Source: Leucoraja erinacea (lineage: Eukaryota). Taken from it: 64,000 nt of DNA. The notes under the pieces were generated by a model. It did no database searches, was not told the DNA's origin, and was given only the letters and a program-made list of their open reading frames with translations. The DNA lies in contig NC_073379.1 of the NCBI RefSeq assembly GCF_028641065.1, positions 16,926,001 through 16,990,000 on the forward strand, in the 5' to 3' direction. Every line of letters begins with the position of its first letter. Within the stretch, counting starts at the first letter, position 1. Shown here in pieces: positions 24,541 to 37,559 of the stretch. The translations under genes and the position numbers were made by a program.

Positions 24541-24909
24541 TACGGGCAGATGGGGATTGTCAGCCTGGGAAGGCAGTCCATCTAGGGGAGGGAAAACTCC
24601 CAGCTAAAACCTCCACTGCCTTGTGGCCATATCCAGTCATGGAAAAGGCTCCAGGAGTAAACGTCAAGAAAAATCTGGAGTCGGAGTCCCTAAGGCAGTT
24701 CGGCGTTGTCTGCAACCTTGCTCTGGCAGCTCCTGCGATGGCGCTGGTGCCAAACTGTAATGGCCCTGCTGTTCCTTCGGATTGATCAGCGACGTGGAGA
24801 GGGGGGACGTGCTGCATGGGCAGCAGCCTGTCCTCCATATGACATCGCCCAGGCTTGCATCCGAGGATGCATCACCCATGGTCAGCCATGACCGAGGGGG
24901 GCCTACTAC
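24541..24909 (+). mobile_element. Short non-autonomous retroposon (RTE-related SINE-like)
   Basis: Perfect 10-bp TSD agttgacaga (24531-24540 and 24910-24919); ggcagtccatctaggggagggaaaactc resembles RTE 5'UTRs; ends in a (CTA)n tail. Confidence 0.65.
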
Positions 24910-24939
24910 AGTTGACAGAGCTCCATAATGACATGTTAA

Positions 24940-25265
24940 GGGTGGCGCTGTGACACTGGCGCAGGTGGTAGAGCTGCTGCCTCGCAGTGCCAGAGACCCG
25001 AGTTCCATCCTGACCTCGGGTGCTGCCTGTGTGCAGTTTCTGCACATTCTCCCCGTGACCGTGAGGGTATCCTCCGGATGCTCCGATTTCGTCTGACATC
25101 CCAAAGACGTGCAAGTTTGTAGGTTCATTGGGATCTGTTGCCAATTGCCCCTGGTGTGCAGGGAGTGGACGAGAAAGCAGGATAACATCGAATGTGAATG
25201 GGTGAGCGATGGTCGGCATGGACTCAGTGGGCTGAAGGGCCTGTTTCTATGCTCTATCTCTAAAC
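24940..25265 (+). mobile_element. HE1-like V-SINE
   Basis: tRNA-like head ggcgcaggtggtagagctgctgcctc...ccgagttccatcc, V-domain, tail gggctgaagggcctgtttct...ctctaaac. Confidence 0.8.
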
Positions 25266-25472
25266 CAAGGGTTCCCAACCTGGGTTACCCTCAGAGGGTA
25301 AATTTGTTGATTCTGGATTTGTACATAATTTCTCTCATTGACTGACTGTGTTTGGTTCTGGTATTCTGGTATTTGTTCATCACTAATTGTTCATAAATAA
25401 GTGAAATAACATTGTTATGTGCTATTAAAGTTGCCAGGGGGTAAACGGGACGGAAAAGGTTGGGAACCCCTG
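25266..25472. mobile_element. hAT MITE
   Basis: TIRs caagggttcccaacct / aggttgggaacccctg; 8-bp TSD ctctaaac / gtctaaac. Confidence 0.8.
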
Positions 25473-26753
25473 GTCTAAACAAACCTTTTGTGCCAACTCA
25501 GATTAGTGTAAGAGATGCTATGACATTATTCATGGAGTAATAAATGTTAGTAAAACATTACATGGTGATTATTTTTTTCTTTGTGAGATGCTGCTGTGTT
25601 AAAAATGGCTGCCCCTGTTTCCCTCTGTGTGGAACTGACAATAAGATCCTGCCCGGGTTAGGAACGCCCAACATTCACGCCCAACTCCAGCACTTTGTGT
25701 CTCTTCAGTGACAATATTCATATTTGTAGTTAAGTTGATTATTTTGTTTTACAGCAGGATTCCCATACGCCAAAGTATCGCCGATGGATTCTGTACACAA
25801 TCTGATCACCTTCACAAAGGTGATGGAATGACATCAACAATGTTGTAACATCCGGAGAGAAGAGTGAGAGCGAGAGAACGTGGGAGAGTGATGAGTGAGA
25901 GAAAGAGTGAGAGAGGGAGAGTGAGAGACAGAGAGAGAGAGAGAGTGAAACGGAGAGAGAGAGAAAGCGAGAGAGGGAGGGTAAAGGTGAGAAAGAGGGG
26001 AGTGAAAGAGAGGGAAATGGAAAGTGAGAGAGGTGGTAAGAGAAAGAGGGAGATAATTCGGTTTCAGTTTTAGTTTATTGTCACGTGTACCGAGGTACAG
26101 TAAAAAGCTGTAAAGGGAGGAGAGAGAGAAGAGGAGAGCGAGAGAAAAAGGAGAGAAGGGAGAGAAAGGAAGGAGTGTTGAAAATGGTCAACAATTTATT
26201 TAATCCGGCCTGTATTTCTGTACTTTTTGCACATTTCTGTACAGTAATGAATGCCAAGGTGTTTTGCCTAACTTTGGAGCTTGGGTAAATATACTTCTGC
26301 CTGAACCAATGAAGGAAACTGGGCCCTTCCTGTATGATTCACCTCACCACTGCCACCATTTGCCTTGGGGGTTTTGCAGACGGCCATGCCATCAGGACTT
26401 GCAGCTCATTTTGATTATTCAACAAGAGAAATTGAATCAAAAGGTCGTGCCGTACAAACCTCATCAACAATTTACGACAAAGCCAGGAGATGAAGTGGTG
26501 AGACACGCACGAATTAAAGTGCCGCGAAGGTGTCCTCGGGGTGCTCCAATTTCTTTTGACATCCCACAGACGTGCATGTTTGTCGGTTCATTGGCCTCTG
26601 TTGAAATTGCCCCTGGTGTGCAGGGAGTGGATGAGGAAGCGGGATAACATTGAATTAGTGTGATCGATGGTCGGCATGGACTCAGCACACTAAGGGCCTG
26701 TTTCTACGCTCTATCTCTAAGCAAACTTTATGTGCCAGCTCAGATTAATGTAA

Positions 26754-27144
26754 AGCCCCTGTCCCACTTAGGAGACCTAAACAGCAACCTCTGGTAACCT
26801 TGCCCGCCACCCAAGGTTTCCATGAGGTCACCGGAGGTTTTGGTCACTCTCCCTAATGGTCGAAAGTGGTTTCCGCGTGGTTGAAGCTTCATCTAGGTTG
26901 CTGCTATTTTTTCATCATGATTAAAACTGGCCTCAACTAAAAATTGGTTGCCGTTTTAAAAATTGATAATTTTTTTGTCGCAGGTCTAGTCGAAGCCGGT
27001 TTTCTTCATAGACGAGGAAGGTTTTCAACATATGCGTGGGAGGTGGTAGGAGGTTGCAAGTCACCTCCACCTTGATTTTTTTTTTGGGTGGCGGGCAAGG
27101 TCACCAGAGGTGGCTGTTTAGGTCTCCTAAGTGGGACAGGGGCT
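26754..27144. mobile_element. PIF/Harbinger-like MITE
   Basis: About 60-bp TIRs agcccctgtcccacttaggagacctaaacagc... / ...gctgtttaggtctcctaagtgggacaggggct; TAA TSD on both sides. Confidence 0.85.
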
Positions 27145-27494
27145 TAAGAGTTCCTATGACATTATTCAGGGAGTAATAAATGTTAGTAAAATGTTATTTA
27201 CACGTAAAAATGATATCCGGGGAGATCATTTTTACATATAAATAAAAGCGTCTCCTGTAACTTTTATATAAATCAGTGACGGCAGATCACTGTGCTTTGT
27301 GGTCCCAAAGCTGCCTGAAGCCAGGATGGGTGAAGTCATTGTTCCATAGGGGAAAGCAGTTTACTGTACATGGTCTGTACATGGATGTTTATAAAGGAAG
27401 TACTGTCAGATTGAGGACTCTGTGCTCCCTGTGTTGCAACCACTCTTTAATCTGTGGTAAGACACTCACTCCCATGCCTCTTGTCCTGTTTAGT

Positions 27495-27810
27495 TTTGTT
27501 TAGAGATAGAATGTGGAAACAGACCCTTCGGCCCACCTAGTCCGCACTGACCATCGATCACCCGTTCCTTATTCTACGTTACCCCACTTTCGCATCCTAC
27601 ACACTAGGGACAATTTACAGAAGCCAGTTAACCCGCAAACCTGCACGTCTTCGGAATGTGGGAGGAAACTAAATCACCCGGAGAAAACCCACGTGGTCAC
27701 ATGGAGAACGTGCAAACTCCATACAGACAGCAAGCACCGTTGACAGGATCGAACCCGGGTCTCTGGCGCTGTAAGGCAGCAACTCTACCGTTGCACTGCT
27801 GTGCCACCCT
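27495..27810 (-). mobile_element. HE1-like V-SINE
   Basis: Reverse complement of the full SINE: gggtggcacagcagtgcaacggtagagttgctgccttacagcgccagagacccgggttcgatcc. Confidence 0.82.
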
Positions 27811-28039
27811 CATGGCTTCAACTTGTTCACAAGCTCGCGTTTGGCAACCTGTTAAAAAGCTTCTGGAAATCCAAAAACATTTTTTCTCCAGGTCTCCCTT
27901 TATTGATTCTGATTGTTACTACATGAGTGGTCAAACATGATTTACCTTTCATAAAACCACGTTGACGGTTTGAAAATGCTCTAAATTCTAGGCGTTACTT
28001 GATTAACATCACCCCAACAACAGATAATAGGAAGCCAGA

Positions 28040-29230
28040 AGAGACGGCATATGCTGTAATCCTGGGTAAAAAACAAGGTGCAGGATGAACGGGACAGGCA
28101 GCATCTGTGGAGCAAAAAGGACTGGCAACGTTTCGGGTTGGGAGTTTTCTTCAGGCGACCCTGACATCAGAAAGTCCAAGCGTAGAGTAAGGCCTGCTGG
28201 ATCTCCTGGTTGCTAACAATTTTAACTCACCTTCCCATTCCCATACTGACCTTATAGACACAAAATGCTGGAGTAACTCAGTGGGACAGGCAGCATCTCT
28301 GGAGTGAAGGAATGGAATGCGTGACATTTCGGATTGCGACCCTTCATCTGACCCAATCCTTTTCTCCAGAGGTGCTGCCTGTCCTGCTGATTTACACTAG
28401 CATTTTGTGTCTATCTTCGATTTAAACCAGCATCTGCAGTTCTTTCCCACCCACACTGACCTTTCTGCCCTGGTTCTCCTCCATTGTCAGAGTAAGGTTG
28501 CATGCAAACTCAAAGAAGAGGACTTCATATTCATCTTGGGTAGCTTACAACCCAAGGGCATGATCATTGAATTCTCCAATTTCAGGCAAGCCAACACCTT
28601 CTCTTCTCTTTCACCCTATCTGGTCTTCCTCCCAATGCCTCCTCCCATCCGTGTGTGTACTATATTTAATATCTAATTCATTTCCCCTCCTTCCGCTCAT
28701 CTCCCTTCCTCTCTATTCTGAGTCCCCTATTTTCCTTTCCTTTTATTCCACCCCCATTCCCCCATCCCTCCTGCTGCCCTTTCCAACCCATATTCCTCCC
28801 TCCAGCTTTATCTTCACTCCTCCCTTCCCATCCAACACCTTTTGTCTCCAGCCTTTATCACTATCTCCACCCATCTACTAATTGCCCATCCACACATATC
28901 ACAAGCTGTAGGAGTAGAATGAGGCCATTTGGCCCATCGAGTCCACCCCGCCATTCAATCATGGCTGATCTCCGCCTCCGAATCCCATTTTCCTGCCTTC
29001 TACCCAAAACCCTAACCCCCCCCCCCCCCCGTTCCAATCCAGAAATACTCTACCTCTGCCTTAAAAATATCCACTGACCTGGCCTCCACCTGCCAACTCT
29101 TGCCCACTTTCCCCTCTTCTCTCTTTACTCTTTACCAGCTTTCTCGCCTCCAATCCAACAGTCTGACCAAAAATCGCTTGTCCATTTCCCTCCACAGATG
29201 CTGCTGAGTTCCTCCAGCACTTTGTTAGTT
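28040..29230. mobile_element. Composite of Penelope GIY-YIG/pLTR fragments and a CR1 tail
   Basis: HTDLSALVLLHCQS...LKEEDFIFILGSLQPKGMIIEFS (PLE C-terminus), several pLTR pieces, and a minus-strand CR1 3' end at 28900-29090. Confidence 0.65.
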
Positions 29231-29505
29231 GAGCTTAGTGACATCCCAGATTGCAAGAATGATTATCAATGAGATTCATCGTGAGTCACCTTGACATATC
29301 ACTCTTTAAGCACAGTTTGAAATCGCCAATTATAAAATGAGATCAAACCATTGGCAACATACATGATCACGAAATGCAATTAACTTTCTCCATAGCCTTT
29401 CGTGGCAGCGGCATAAAGCACTGTGCAATTTACAGGCATGATCATAGAAATTACAATGCAATTACAATGCTATAAACTCAAAGTGGTCCAGTGTATTTTA
29501 AGCCA

Positions 29506-29788
29506 TCATTGAGTTTTTTCCTTCTCTACCTTCGTGCCCCTGCATATTCTGCAGCAGGACAAGCAACATTTTGTGAGGAGATAGAGGAAAACTGCCACAC
29601 ATGCTCCAATGAACGCCACTACATCCAGGCAATGATATTGGTACCAAGACAGAGAGTGTGCTGCAGGTCGCAAATGTTTGGCTCCTCCATGTCGCATAAC
29701 AAACTCAATCCAGTACACAGATCTTTCCAAAGGACTCATCGGTTGGTCTCGCTGAATTATAGATAACTTCATTGCATTTTCTTTATAC
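29506..29788 (-). CDS. UGT2A: UGT2A-like UDP-glucuronosyltransferase, constant exon 6 (TM helix and ER-retrieval tail)
   Basis: ccctcag| acceptor. [58 protein letters not shown] segment, then KEKTQ* (KxKxx). Confidence 0.95.
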
Positions 29789-29917
29789 CTGAGGGAATAA
29801 AAATAGTCATAGTTTTGCTTGATTTCACTTTATTCTGTCCCACATATCCATGTATCAACTTCCATCTGAATGCTAAGTTTTATTTAGTCAAACTGCTCAT
29901 TACAGATCACAAGAGGT

Positions 29918-30215
29918 CGGCAGGATGGCGCAGCGGTAGAGTTGCTACCTTACAGCGCCAGAGACCCGGGTTCGATCCTGACTTACGGGTGCTTTCTGTA
30001 AAGAGTTTTATGTTCACCCTGGGACCGCATGGGTTTTCTCCAGTTGCTTAGGTTTCCTCCCACAATCCCAAGATGTACAGGTTTGCGGGTTAATTGGCTT
30101 CAGTAAAATTGTAAATCGTCCCTAGTGTGGATTAGTTTTAGTGTGCGGGTCGGTGCGGGTTTTTGGGTCGAAGGGCCAGTTTCCACACTGTATCTCGAAA
30201 GTCTGAAGACTAAAG
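29918..30215 (+). mobile_element. HE1-like V-SINE
   Basis: ggcgcagcggtagagttgctaccttacagcgccagagacccgggttcgatcc head, V-domain, CR1-like tail. Confidence 0.82.
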
Positions 30216-30249
30216 ACTAAAATTACATAAAGAAAGACAAAAGTGTTTT

Positions 30250-30610
30250 CAAGGTTTTTTGACTGAACTAGACTGGGGGGCAAGCTTGAGAAGAGCGTAT
30301 TTACAACAGGTACTGGCGACTGAATTGTCTTCAGTTGTCACCGACAGGGTCATAGCTTGTCGTAGCTTGTCGCGGGTGGACAGAGGTTGACTTCGGTTGT
30401 CGTAGGTTGTCACCTGTGCGGTCGTAGATTGTCATAGTTGTGGTCGTAGGTGGGTCACCGGTTGTCAGTAGCTTGCCGTATCTTGACGTTGACTAGGTGG
30501 TAGGTTGGCGTAGACATTGTCGTGGGGGGGCCCAGTCACCATTTTTTCGGCGACCTGCTACGACTATGACAGTCGCCGGCAGTCGCCTAAAAAATCGCCT
30601 ATGTGGGATT
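30250..30610. mobile_element. Partial Harbinger-like MITE with (gtcgtag)-rich internal repeats
   Basis: Repeated ttgtcgtag/gtcgcc motifs ending in cgcctatgtggga, similar to the ...aagtgggacagg TIR family. Confidence 0.5.
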
Positions 30611-30691
30611 TTTATGTGAGGGAGATTAAAGCAATACACCCTGCAATAAATTGAACATTAATTCCGCCTCCCCTTAATGCTGTACTCTTAC

Positions 30692-30911
30692 CTCGTGTCA
30701 TTAATCACAGTGTTGAGGGCAACAACCAACTCCTGTGTACTCAATGTAGCAAAATTAACAACCACAGCAACTCCCTTTGCTTTCATGTGAGCCATGTTAT
30801 CAGGCTGATCAGCAAACAGAGGAATGCCGAGCATAGGCACCCCGTGATAGATGGCTTCATATATCCCATTGGTACCACCATGAGTGATGAATACTTTTGT
30901 TTTGGGATGCC
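30692..30911 (-). CDS. UGT2A: UGT2A-like constant exon 5 (UDPGT signature)
   Basis: 220 nt, AG/GT bounded; [38 protein letters not shown]. Confidence 0.96.
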
Positions 30912-32260
30912 CTGAAATTAAAGTCACAGAAAATTACTCGAGTATAGAAGCTGGGAGGTCATGTTACAGTTATATAAGGCAATGGTGAGGCCGCACTTAG
31001 AGTTTTGTGTTCCGTTCTGGGCACAATGTTATAGGAAAGATGTTCTCAACCTGGAGAGGGTGCAGAGAAAATCTATGAGCATGTTGCTCGATTCTAGGGT
31101 CTGAGCTATAGGGAGAGGTTGAGTAGGCTGGGACTCTATTCCCTGGATCTTATAGAGGATGTAAAATCATGAGAGGAATAGATCGGATAGACGCACAGAT
31201 TCTCTTGCCCAGAGTGAGGGATTGAGAACCAGAGGGCATAGGTTTAAGGTGAAGGGGGAAAGATTTTATAGGAATCTGAGGGGTAACCTTTTCATGCAAA
31301 GGGTGGTTGGTGTATGGAATGAGCTGCCGGAGGAGGCAGTTGAGGCTGGGACTATTAAACATTTAATAAGCAAATAGACAGGTACATGGATAGGACAGGT
31401 TTGGAGGGATATGGGTCTAATGCAGGCAAGTGGGATGTGCAGATGGGACATGCTGGTTGGTGTGGGCAAGTTGGGCCGAAGGGCCTGTTTCCACACTGTC
31501 TAAAATAAATTATGACTTAAGCCTGACGTCAACTAAACTAATAGACTGTTGCATGGATAAATGTTCAAATTATTGTAAAACACATGGTTTATTCATTTGT
31601 TCGTGGGTGTGGACATTGACAGCAAAGCCAGCATTTATTGACCTTCCCCATTTGTTCTTGAGCTGTGGAGGTAGTTAAACAGCAACCATGTTTGTTGTAG
31701 AAACAAGAAACTGTAGATGCTGGATTACACAAAAGGACACAAAGTGCTGGAGAAACTCAACGGGTCAAGTAGCACCTCTGGAGAACATGGATGGGTGACA
31801 TTTTGGGCGGAATGATTCCGTCTTAAGAAGGGCCCTAACCTTAAACCAAAATTCAGTGTCTATGCCTATGGAATGAGCTGCCAGTGGAGGTAAATGAGGC
31901 AGGTAATATAACAGCATTTCAAAGACATTTGGATAGTGACATGGTTAGGAAAGGTTTAGAGGGATATGGGCCAAACGTGTGTAAAGGGGACTAGCTTAGA
32001 TGGGGCATCTTGGTTGGCATGGCAGAAGGGTCTGTTTCCGTACTGTAGGACTCTAGAGGGCATAGGCTTAGGTGAGAGGGGCCATATTTAAGAGAGACCT
32101 CAGGGCAACTTTTTCCACTCAGTGGTTCATCCTTATTTGGAATGAACTGCCAGAGCAGAGGAAGCTTCAAGAAACCCCAGCCCACAAGGAATCAACAATT
32201 TCCTTTCAAACCTTCAGCAAAGGAGGAAAGATAAAGATAAATACAAATACTGTCCCTTAC

Positions 32261-32348
32261 CAAGCAAGTCATTCTGAGGCAGCCATTTGTACAGCTTTGT
32301 GTTTGGTGCCAATGTTTTTGGCTTCTCACCAGCGTATCTCCAAAGAAC
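32261..32348 (-). CDS. UGT2A: UGT2A-like constant exon 4
   Basis: 88 nt, AG/GT bounded; [29 protein letters not shown]. Confidence 0.95.
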
Positions 32349-32800
32349 CTGAGAATGGTAGCAATCATGACAATGAATACAAAAACGGGATATAACGTGT
32401 TACTTAAGTCTTTGGGAATTGGGTCTGAAAATGTACTTATTATTCTGCAGCCCATGCTGGGGGGGGGGGGGGGGAGCACACAGAGGTCCAGTAATGGTTT
32501 CCAGAGACCTGGGTTCGATCCTGACTATGGGTGCTCTCTGTACAGAGTTTGTACATTCTCCCTGTGACCGGCGTGGGTAAAAGACAGTAAAGACAGGATC
32601 TCAGGATTTATCCACCCCCACCATATATCAGGCACCCCCTGTCCTCTCTGTGAAAGGCCCCACTTTGACCTCGTCACTTCGGATCCCACAAAATTAGAGT
32701 GGAAGCGAGTCATCCTCAACAACAAGAAAAACAATGTTTTTGTCAGGCAGTATCTGTGGAGGGATAGGACAGGTGATGTTGCAGGTCAGAATCCTTCTAC

Positions 32801-33100
32801 AGGGTGGCACGGTGGCACAGCGGTAGAGTTGCTGCCTTACAGCACCAGAGACCTGGGTTTGATCCAGACTATGGGTGCTTGCTGCACGGAGTTTGTACGT
32901 TCTCCCCATGACCTGCGTGGGTATTCCCCAGGTCTCCAGTTTCTTCCCACACTCCAAAGACTTACAGCTGTGTAGGTTAATCAATTATGATAAAAATTGT
33001 AAATTGTCCCTAGTATGTGCTCGTGTATGCGGATCACTGGTCAGCGTGGCCACAGATGACTGAAGGGCCTGTTTCCGCACTGTATTGCTAAACTAAACTT
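32801..33100 (+). mobile_element. HE1-like V-SINE
   Basis: gggtggcacggtggcacagcggtagagttgctgccttacagc... to gggcctgtttccgcactgtattgctaaactaaac. Confidence 0.82.
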
Positions 33101-33858
33101 GTCTCCACACGAAAATATATGCAGCATTTTCAAACATGTTCTGGCTTTATGTCAGATTTCCGGCATCCGTAATATTGTCCCATTTTTAATGATTGAGGAA
33201 GTTGGGAAACGGTGAAAAAAAAATCTTCTCCTTCTCCGCGTAGTTTTAGGTTGGGGCTGCACGTGGAGAAATCATGGTAGCAAACTTGGGTTACCTTCCC
33301 CAATGACAAAGGACTGTGGTTTTTGACCTCGTTTTCCCAATCTTGGACGATCCCAGCTCCAAAACCACAAACAAATTTAATTGTGAACTATCCCTGGTGT
33401 GTGTGGGGTGGTGTTGGTGTGCGGGGATCGCTGGTCGGTGTGGACTCAGTGCGTCGAGGGGCCTGTTTCTGCGATGTATCTTTAAACTAAACTAAACAGA
33501 TCGGGTAGAGGCACGGAGTCTCTTGCCCGAAAGTAGGGGAATCGAGAACCAGAGGACATAGGTTTAAGATGAGAGGAAAATATTTAATAGGAATCTGAGT
33601 GGGTAACTTTTTCACACAAAGAGTAGTGGGGGTATGGAATGAACTGACAGAGGAGATAGATGAGGCAGGTACTATCGCAATGAAACATTTAGACAGGTAC
33701 ATCAATAGGACAGGTTTAGAGGGATATGGGCCAAATGCAGGCAGGTGGGACACTTGTAGCTGGGACATGTTGGCCATTGTGAAGAACCTGGGCCAAAGGG
33801 CCTGTTTCCACACTGTAAGACTCTATGTCTCTAATCAGAACATGATAAAGAAACAAAC

Positions 33859-33990
33859 CTTTTGCGGAATCTTCCCCAGTGCTTCAGCGACCAAATCGGC
33901 CTTCTCAGTGGTGAGGTTCTTTATCATTGAGCCCAGGGAAAACACCACAATGCCATGCTCTCCAGAGCTCTGAACAAATTCCTCCATCTC
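33859..33990 (-). CDS. UGT2A: UGT2A-like constant exon 3
   Basis: 132 nt, AG/GT bounded; [44 protein letters not shown]. Confidence 0.96.
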
Positions 33991-34105
33991 CTGCAGAGCA
34001 AACGTGTATCCAGTCACACAGAGGTGTCTCAGATTGAGAGCGATGTTTGGACAGACTTTCGAATTGAGCACAAGGCTGTTTCTTAAATGGGCTTGTGCTC
34101 CCTTA

Positions 34106-34329
34106 AGGGCCTGTCCCACTTGGGCGTCATTTGCGTGTCAAGCAGATGGCGCGCGAAGATTTTGTATATACTAAAATCCTGGGGCGCCACGCAGGACCGC
34201 GCGTCACTGCCTACGTCACTACGTACCATGCGAGCATCACGTGTGCGGCACAACGCGCGCGTCGTGCGTCGTGACTCGTAAATGATAATGCATAAATTAC
34301 TCACAAAACGCCCAAGTGGGACAGGCCCT
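34106..34329. mobile_element. PIF/Harbinger-like MITE
   Basis: TIRs agggcctgtcccacttgggcgt / acgcccaagtgggacaggccct; 3-bp TNA flanks. Confidence 0.8.
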
Positions 34330-36399
34330 TCAGCTTTCAGCGAGGACAGCAGTTGCCAAGTCGGAAGGTCAAAGAGGGGAAACACATTCTGCTGGTTCTC
34401 TGGGCTTTAGAGTACATCAACATCCCATTACTGACATCGGTCTATCAATTAGTCATACGGCATGTAAAGAGGCCCTTCAGCCAAACTTGTCCATGCTGAC
34501 CAAGATGTCCCATCTACACTAGTCCCAGAGACACCAAGTGCTGGTGTAACTCAGTGGGTCAGGCAGCATCTCCGGGGAAAGAGGTCCTTTTTGTTCAAAG
34601 ATGCTGCCTGACCCGCTGAGTTACACCCGCACTTTGTGTCCATCTTGGGTATAAACCAGCATCTGTAATTCCTTTTTATTAGTATTCTCCACACTGATTA
34701 TACTGTCCTCACATCCTTTCCCTTGGTGAATACAGTTGAATACTCGTTTAGTACCTTGCCTACGAGATTTGCCCATGTCCCCATGTAACTGTCCCAAGAT
34801 TTAACAGGAACATGAGGGGCAACTTTTTCTACATAAAGTGTGATAGGCATATGGAACGAGCTTCCAGCTGAGATTGGAGTGGCAAGTAATATCACAACAT
34901 TTAAAAAACATTTGGACAGGCACGTGGATAGGACAGTATTGGAAGGATATACGGGCCAAACGCAAGCTAGTGTAGTGGGACGTGTAGATGGGGCATGTTG
35001 GTCGGCATGGACAAGTTGGCCGAGGGGTCTGTTTCCACGTTGTATGACTGTATAACCTTGCCTATCCATGTCTGTCCAAACGTCTTTCTATTACTAAATC
35101 AATCCTTTCACTTTTTAGTAAACTTCATCGTTTAAGGTTTTGCCAATATTCTTTCATGCTGCTGTTTTAATAGAATTTCTTCAAAATGAGTTGAAACAAA
35201 GCGCATTCAGTAAACTTTCCTTTGATGCTTGACCAAAACTTCAATGGTTAGATAATTAATATATTGTTCCATGTACCTAGATACTGTGAAATGCTTTGTT
35301 TTGCAGACAGTCTTGTGAAATCATACTGCACACAAACAGAAGTGAAAGAATGCAATGGTTATTGTGTTAAATAAATAGTAAAACAGACACAAAGTGCTGG
35401 AGTAACTCAGCTGCTTTATGTCTTTTTTAGTTGAGCAGCATCTGCAGTTCCTTGTGTCTCCATTTCTCCCTGAAAACAAGAGTAGACTTCTTTTGAAGAA
35501 GTATATGTTTCCGGTATCATGTTACAGCTGGTTGTCACATCAGTAATATGCATTCAATAGAATATCCTCCATGTCATAAATTGAGGATATTTCCACTAGT
35601 GGGAGAGTGGAGGACCAGGGGTCACAGCCTCAGAATTAAAGGATGTTCCTTTAGGAAGGAGATGAGAAGGAATTTCTTTAGTCAGAGGGTGGTGAATCTG
35701 TGGAATTCAATGGATATTTTTAAGGCAGAGATAGATATATTCTTGATTAGAATGGGTGTCAGTGGTTATGGGGAGAAGGCAGGTGAATGGGGTTAAGAGG
35801 GAGAGATAGATCAGCCATCATTGAATGGCAGATTAGACAATGGGCCAAATTGCCTAATTCTGCTCCTGTTACTTATGACCTTATGACAATTCAGGTCACC
35901 TGGGTCTGTCAGGGGAACAGCTCAATGCGTAGATGGTTTTAGCTATCAAAAGAAACCTGAACTAAAATCCAAATAAATCTTGAAATTTGATAATTAGAGT
36001 GAAGATACAGTAGCCAGACAACATTATGGTAGTGTGGTGGTTTAGTTACTAGTGGGCCAGAAACCAAGAAGACTGATTAATTTAAATTCAGTGAATAATC
36101 TGGAAATATAAATAGATATGTTTCGCAATGATGACGCTGAAACTAGCAGATGTTTGTAACTTTCAGGCTGACTCAATGGTGATGACAGGACTGCAGCAAT
36201 TAATCTGACTTTTAACAGCCTATAAATGGCCTAACGAACCACACTGTTTCACTGCAGCCTCGCTAAAACATAAATGCATTATGGCGCATGGAGTGACACA
36301 AAGTGCTGAAGTAACTCAGTGGGTCAGGCAGCATCTCTTTTCAAAAATGGATAGGTGATGTTTAGGGTTGACTGAAGAAGGGTTTCGACCCAAACCAGT

Positions 36400-36980
36400 G
36401 AAGAAAGCATGTTGGCCTTCATAACAAGAGCAGTTGAGTATAGGAGCAAGGAGGACCTTCTGCAATTGTACAGGGCCCTGGTGAGACCAGACCTGGAGTA
36501 TTGTGTGCAGTTTTGGTCTCCAAATTTGAGGAAGGACATTCTTGCTATTAAGGAAGTGCAGCATAGGTTCACTAGGTTAATTCCAGGGATGGCTGGACTG
36601 TCATATATTGAAAGAATGATGCGGCTGGGCTTGTATACACTGGAATTTAGGATGAGAGGCGATCTTATTGAAACGTATGATTATTGTGGGATTGGACACG
36701 CTAGAGGCAGGAAACATGTTCCCGATGTTGGGGAGTCCAGAACCAGGGACCACAGTTTAAGAATAAGGGGTAGGCCATTTAGAGCGGAGATGAGGAAAAA
36801 CTTTTTCACCCAGAGAGTTGTGAGTCTGTGGAATTCTCTGCCTCAGAAGGCAATCGAGGCCAATTCTCTGGATGCTTTCGAGAGAGAGCTAGATAGGGCT
36901 CTTAAAGATAGGCAGGAACAGATTACTGATTGTGGATGATCAGCCATGATCACAGCTGGCTCGAAGGGCCGAATGGCGGG
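36400..36980 (+). mobile_element. CR1/HER1 LINE 3' portion
   Basis: LLQLYRALVRPDLEYCVQFWSP...RGDLIETY...RKNFFTQRVVSLWNSLP, then 3'UTR tggctcgaagggccgaatggc. Confidence 0.88.
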
Positions 36981-36984
36981 GAGG

Positions 36985-37260
36985 TGGGGGGAGAAGGAGA
37001 ATCAGTCTATCCCACGACAGAAGGGGGAGGAGTTGTACAGTTTGATAGCCACAGGGAAGAAGGATCTCCTGTGGTGTTCTGTGCTGCATCTTGGTGGAAC
37101 CAGTCTGTTGTTGAAGGTGCTCCTCAGGTTGACCAGTGTGTCGTGGAGGGGGTGAGCTACAGTATTGTCCAGGATGCTCCACAGTTTGAGAAGCATCCTC
37201 CCCTCCAAGACCACCTCCAATGCATCAAACTCCGCCCCCAGGATGGAGCCAGTCTGATGG
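36985..37260 (-). mobile_element. Rex1/Babar- or L2-like LINE 3' fragment
   Basis: ILDNTVAHPLHDTL...RLVPPRCSTEHHRRSFFPVAIKLYN; a second copy lies at about 42150-42440. Confidence 0.65.
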
Positions 37261-37559
37261 GCAGAGCAGTGGTGGATTAATACAATCCTAGTAGGTGTAA
37301 GTGCATCTGGAGTGTACTTTGGGAGGACAAGTGAGAATGACACATACAAAGATATGAGTATACAAAGAGATACAACCTGAGCAGGTTCTTTGAGATATAA
37401 AGAAAGGACACATACACGGCAGCACTGAGAAACATATGGACCACAGTGTAAAATCACAAGGTTCGCTGGAATGTGGGAGCAGAGATAGATTAAGTGGCAA
37501 AGGGGGCACTTTATCCTTCATTAACTTCAGCCTGGAATAAAAGAAGAATAAGATTATGG

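Noticed and set aside
25755-25819. Plus-strand segment bounded by ttttgttttacag| and AAG|gtgatg (possible exon)
   Set aside because: No recognisable protein similarity and no partner exons identified; needs RNA evidence.
29918-29990. tRNA-like sequences with A and B boxes (also at about 24950, 32810, 45270)
   Set aside because: They are SINE heads that continue into a V-domain and LINE tail; no complete cloverleaf.
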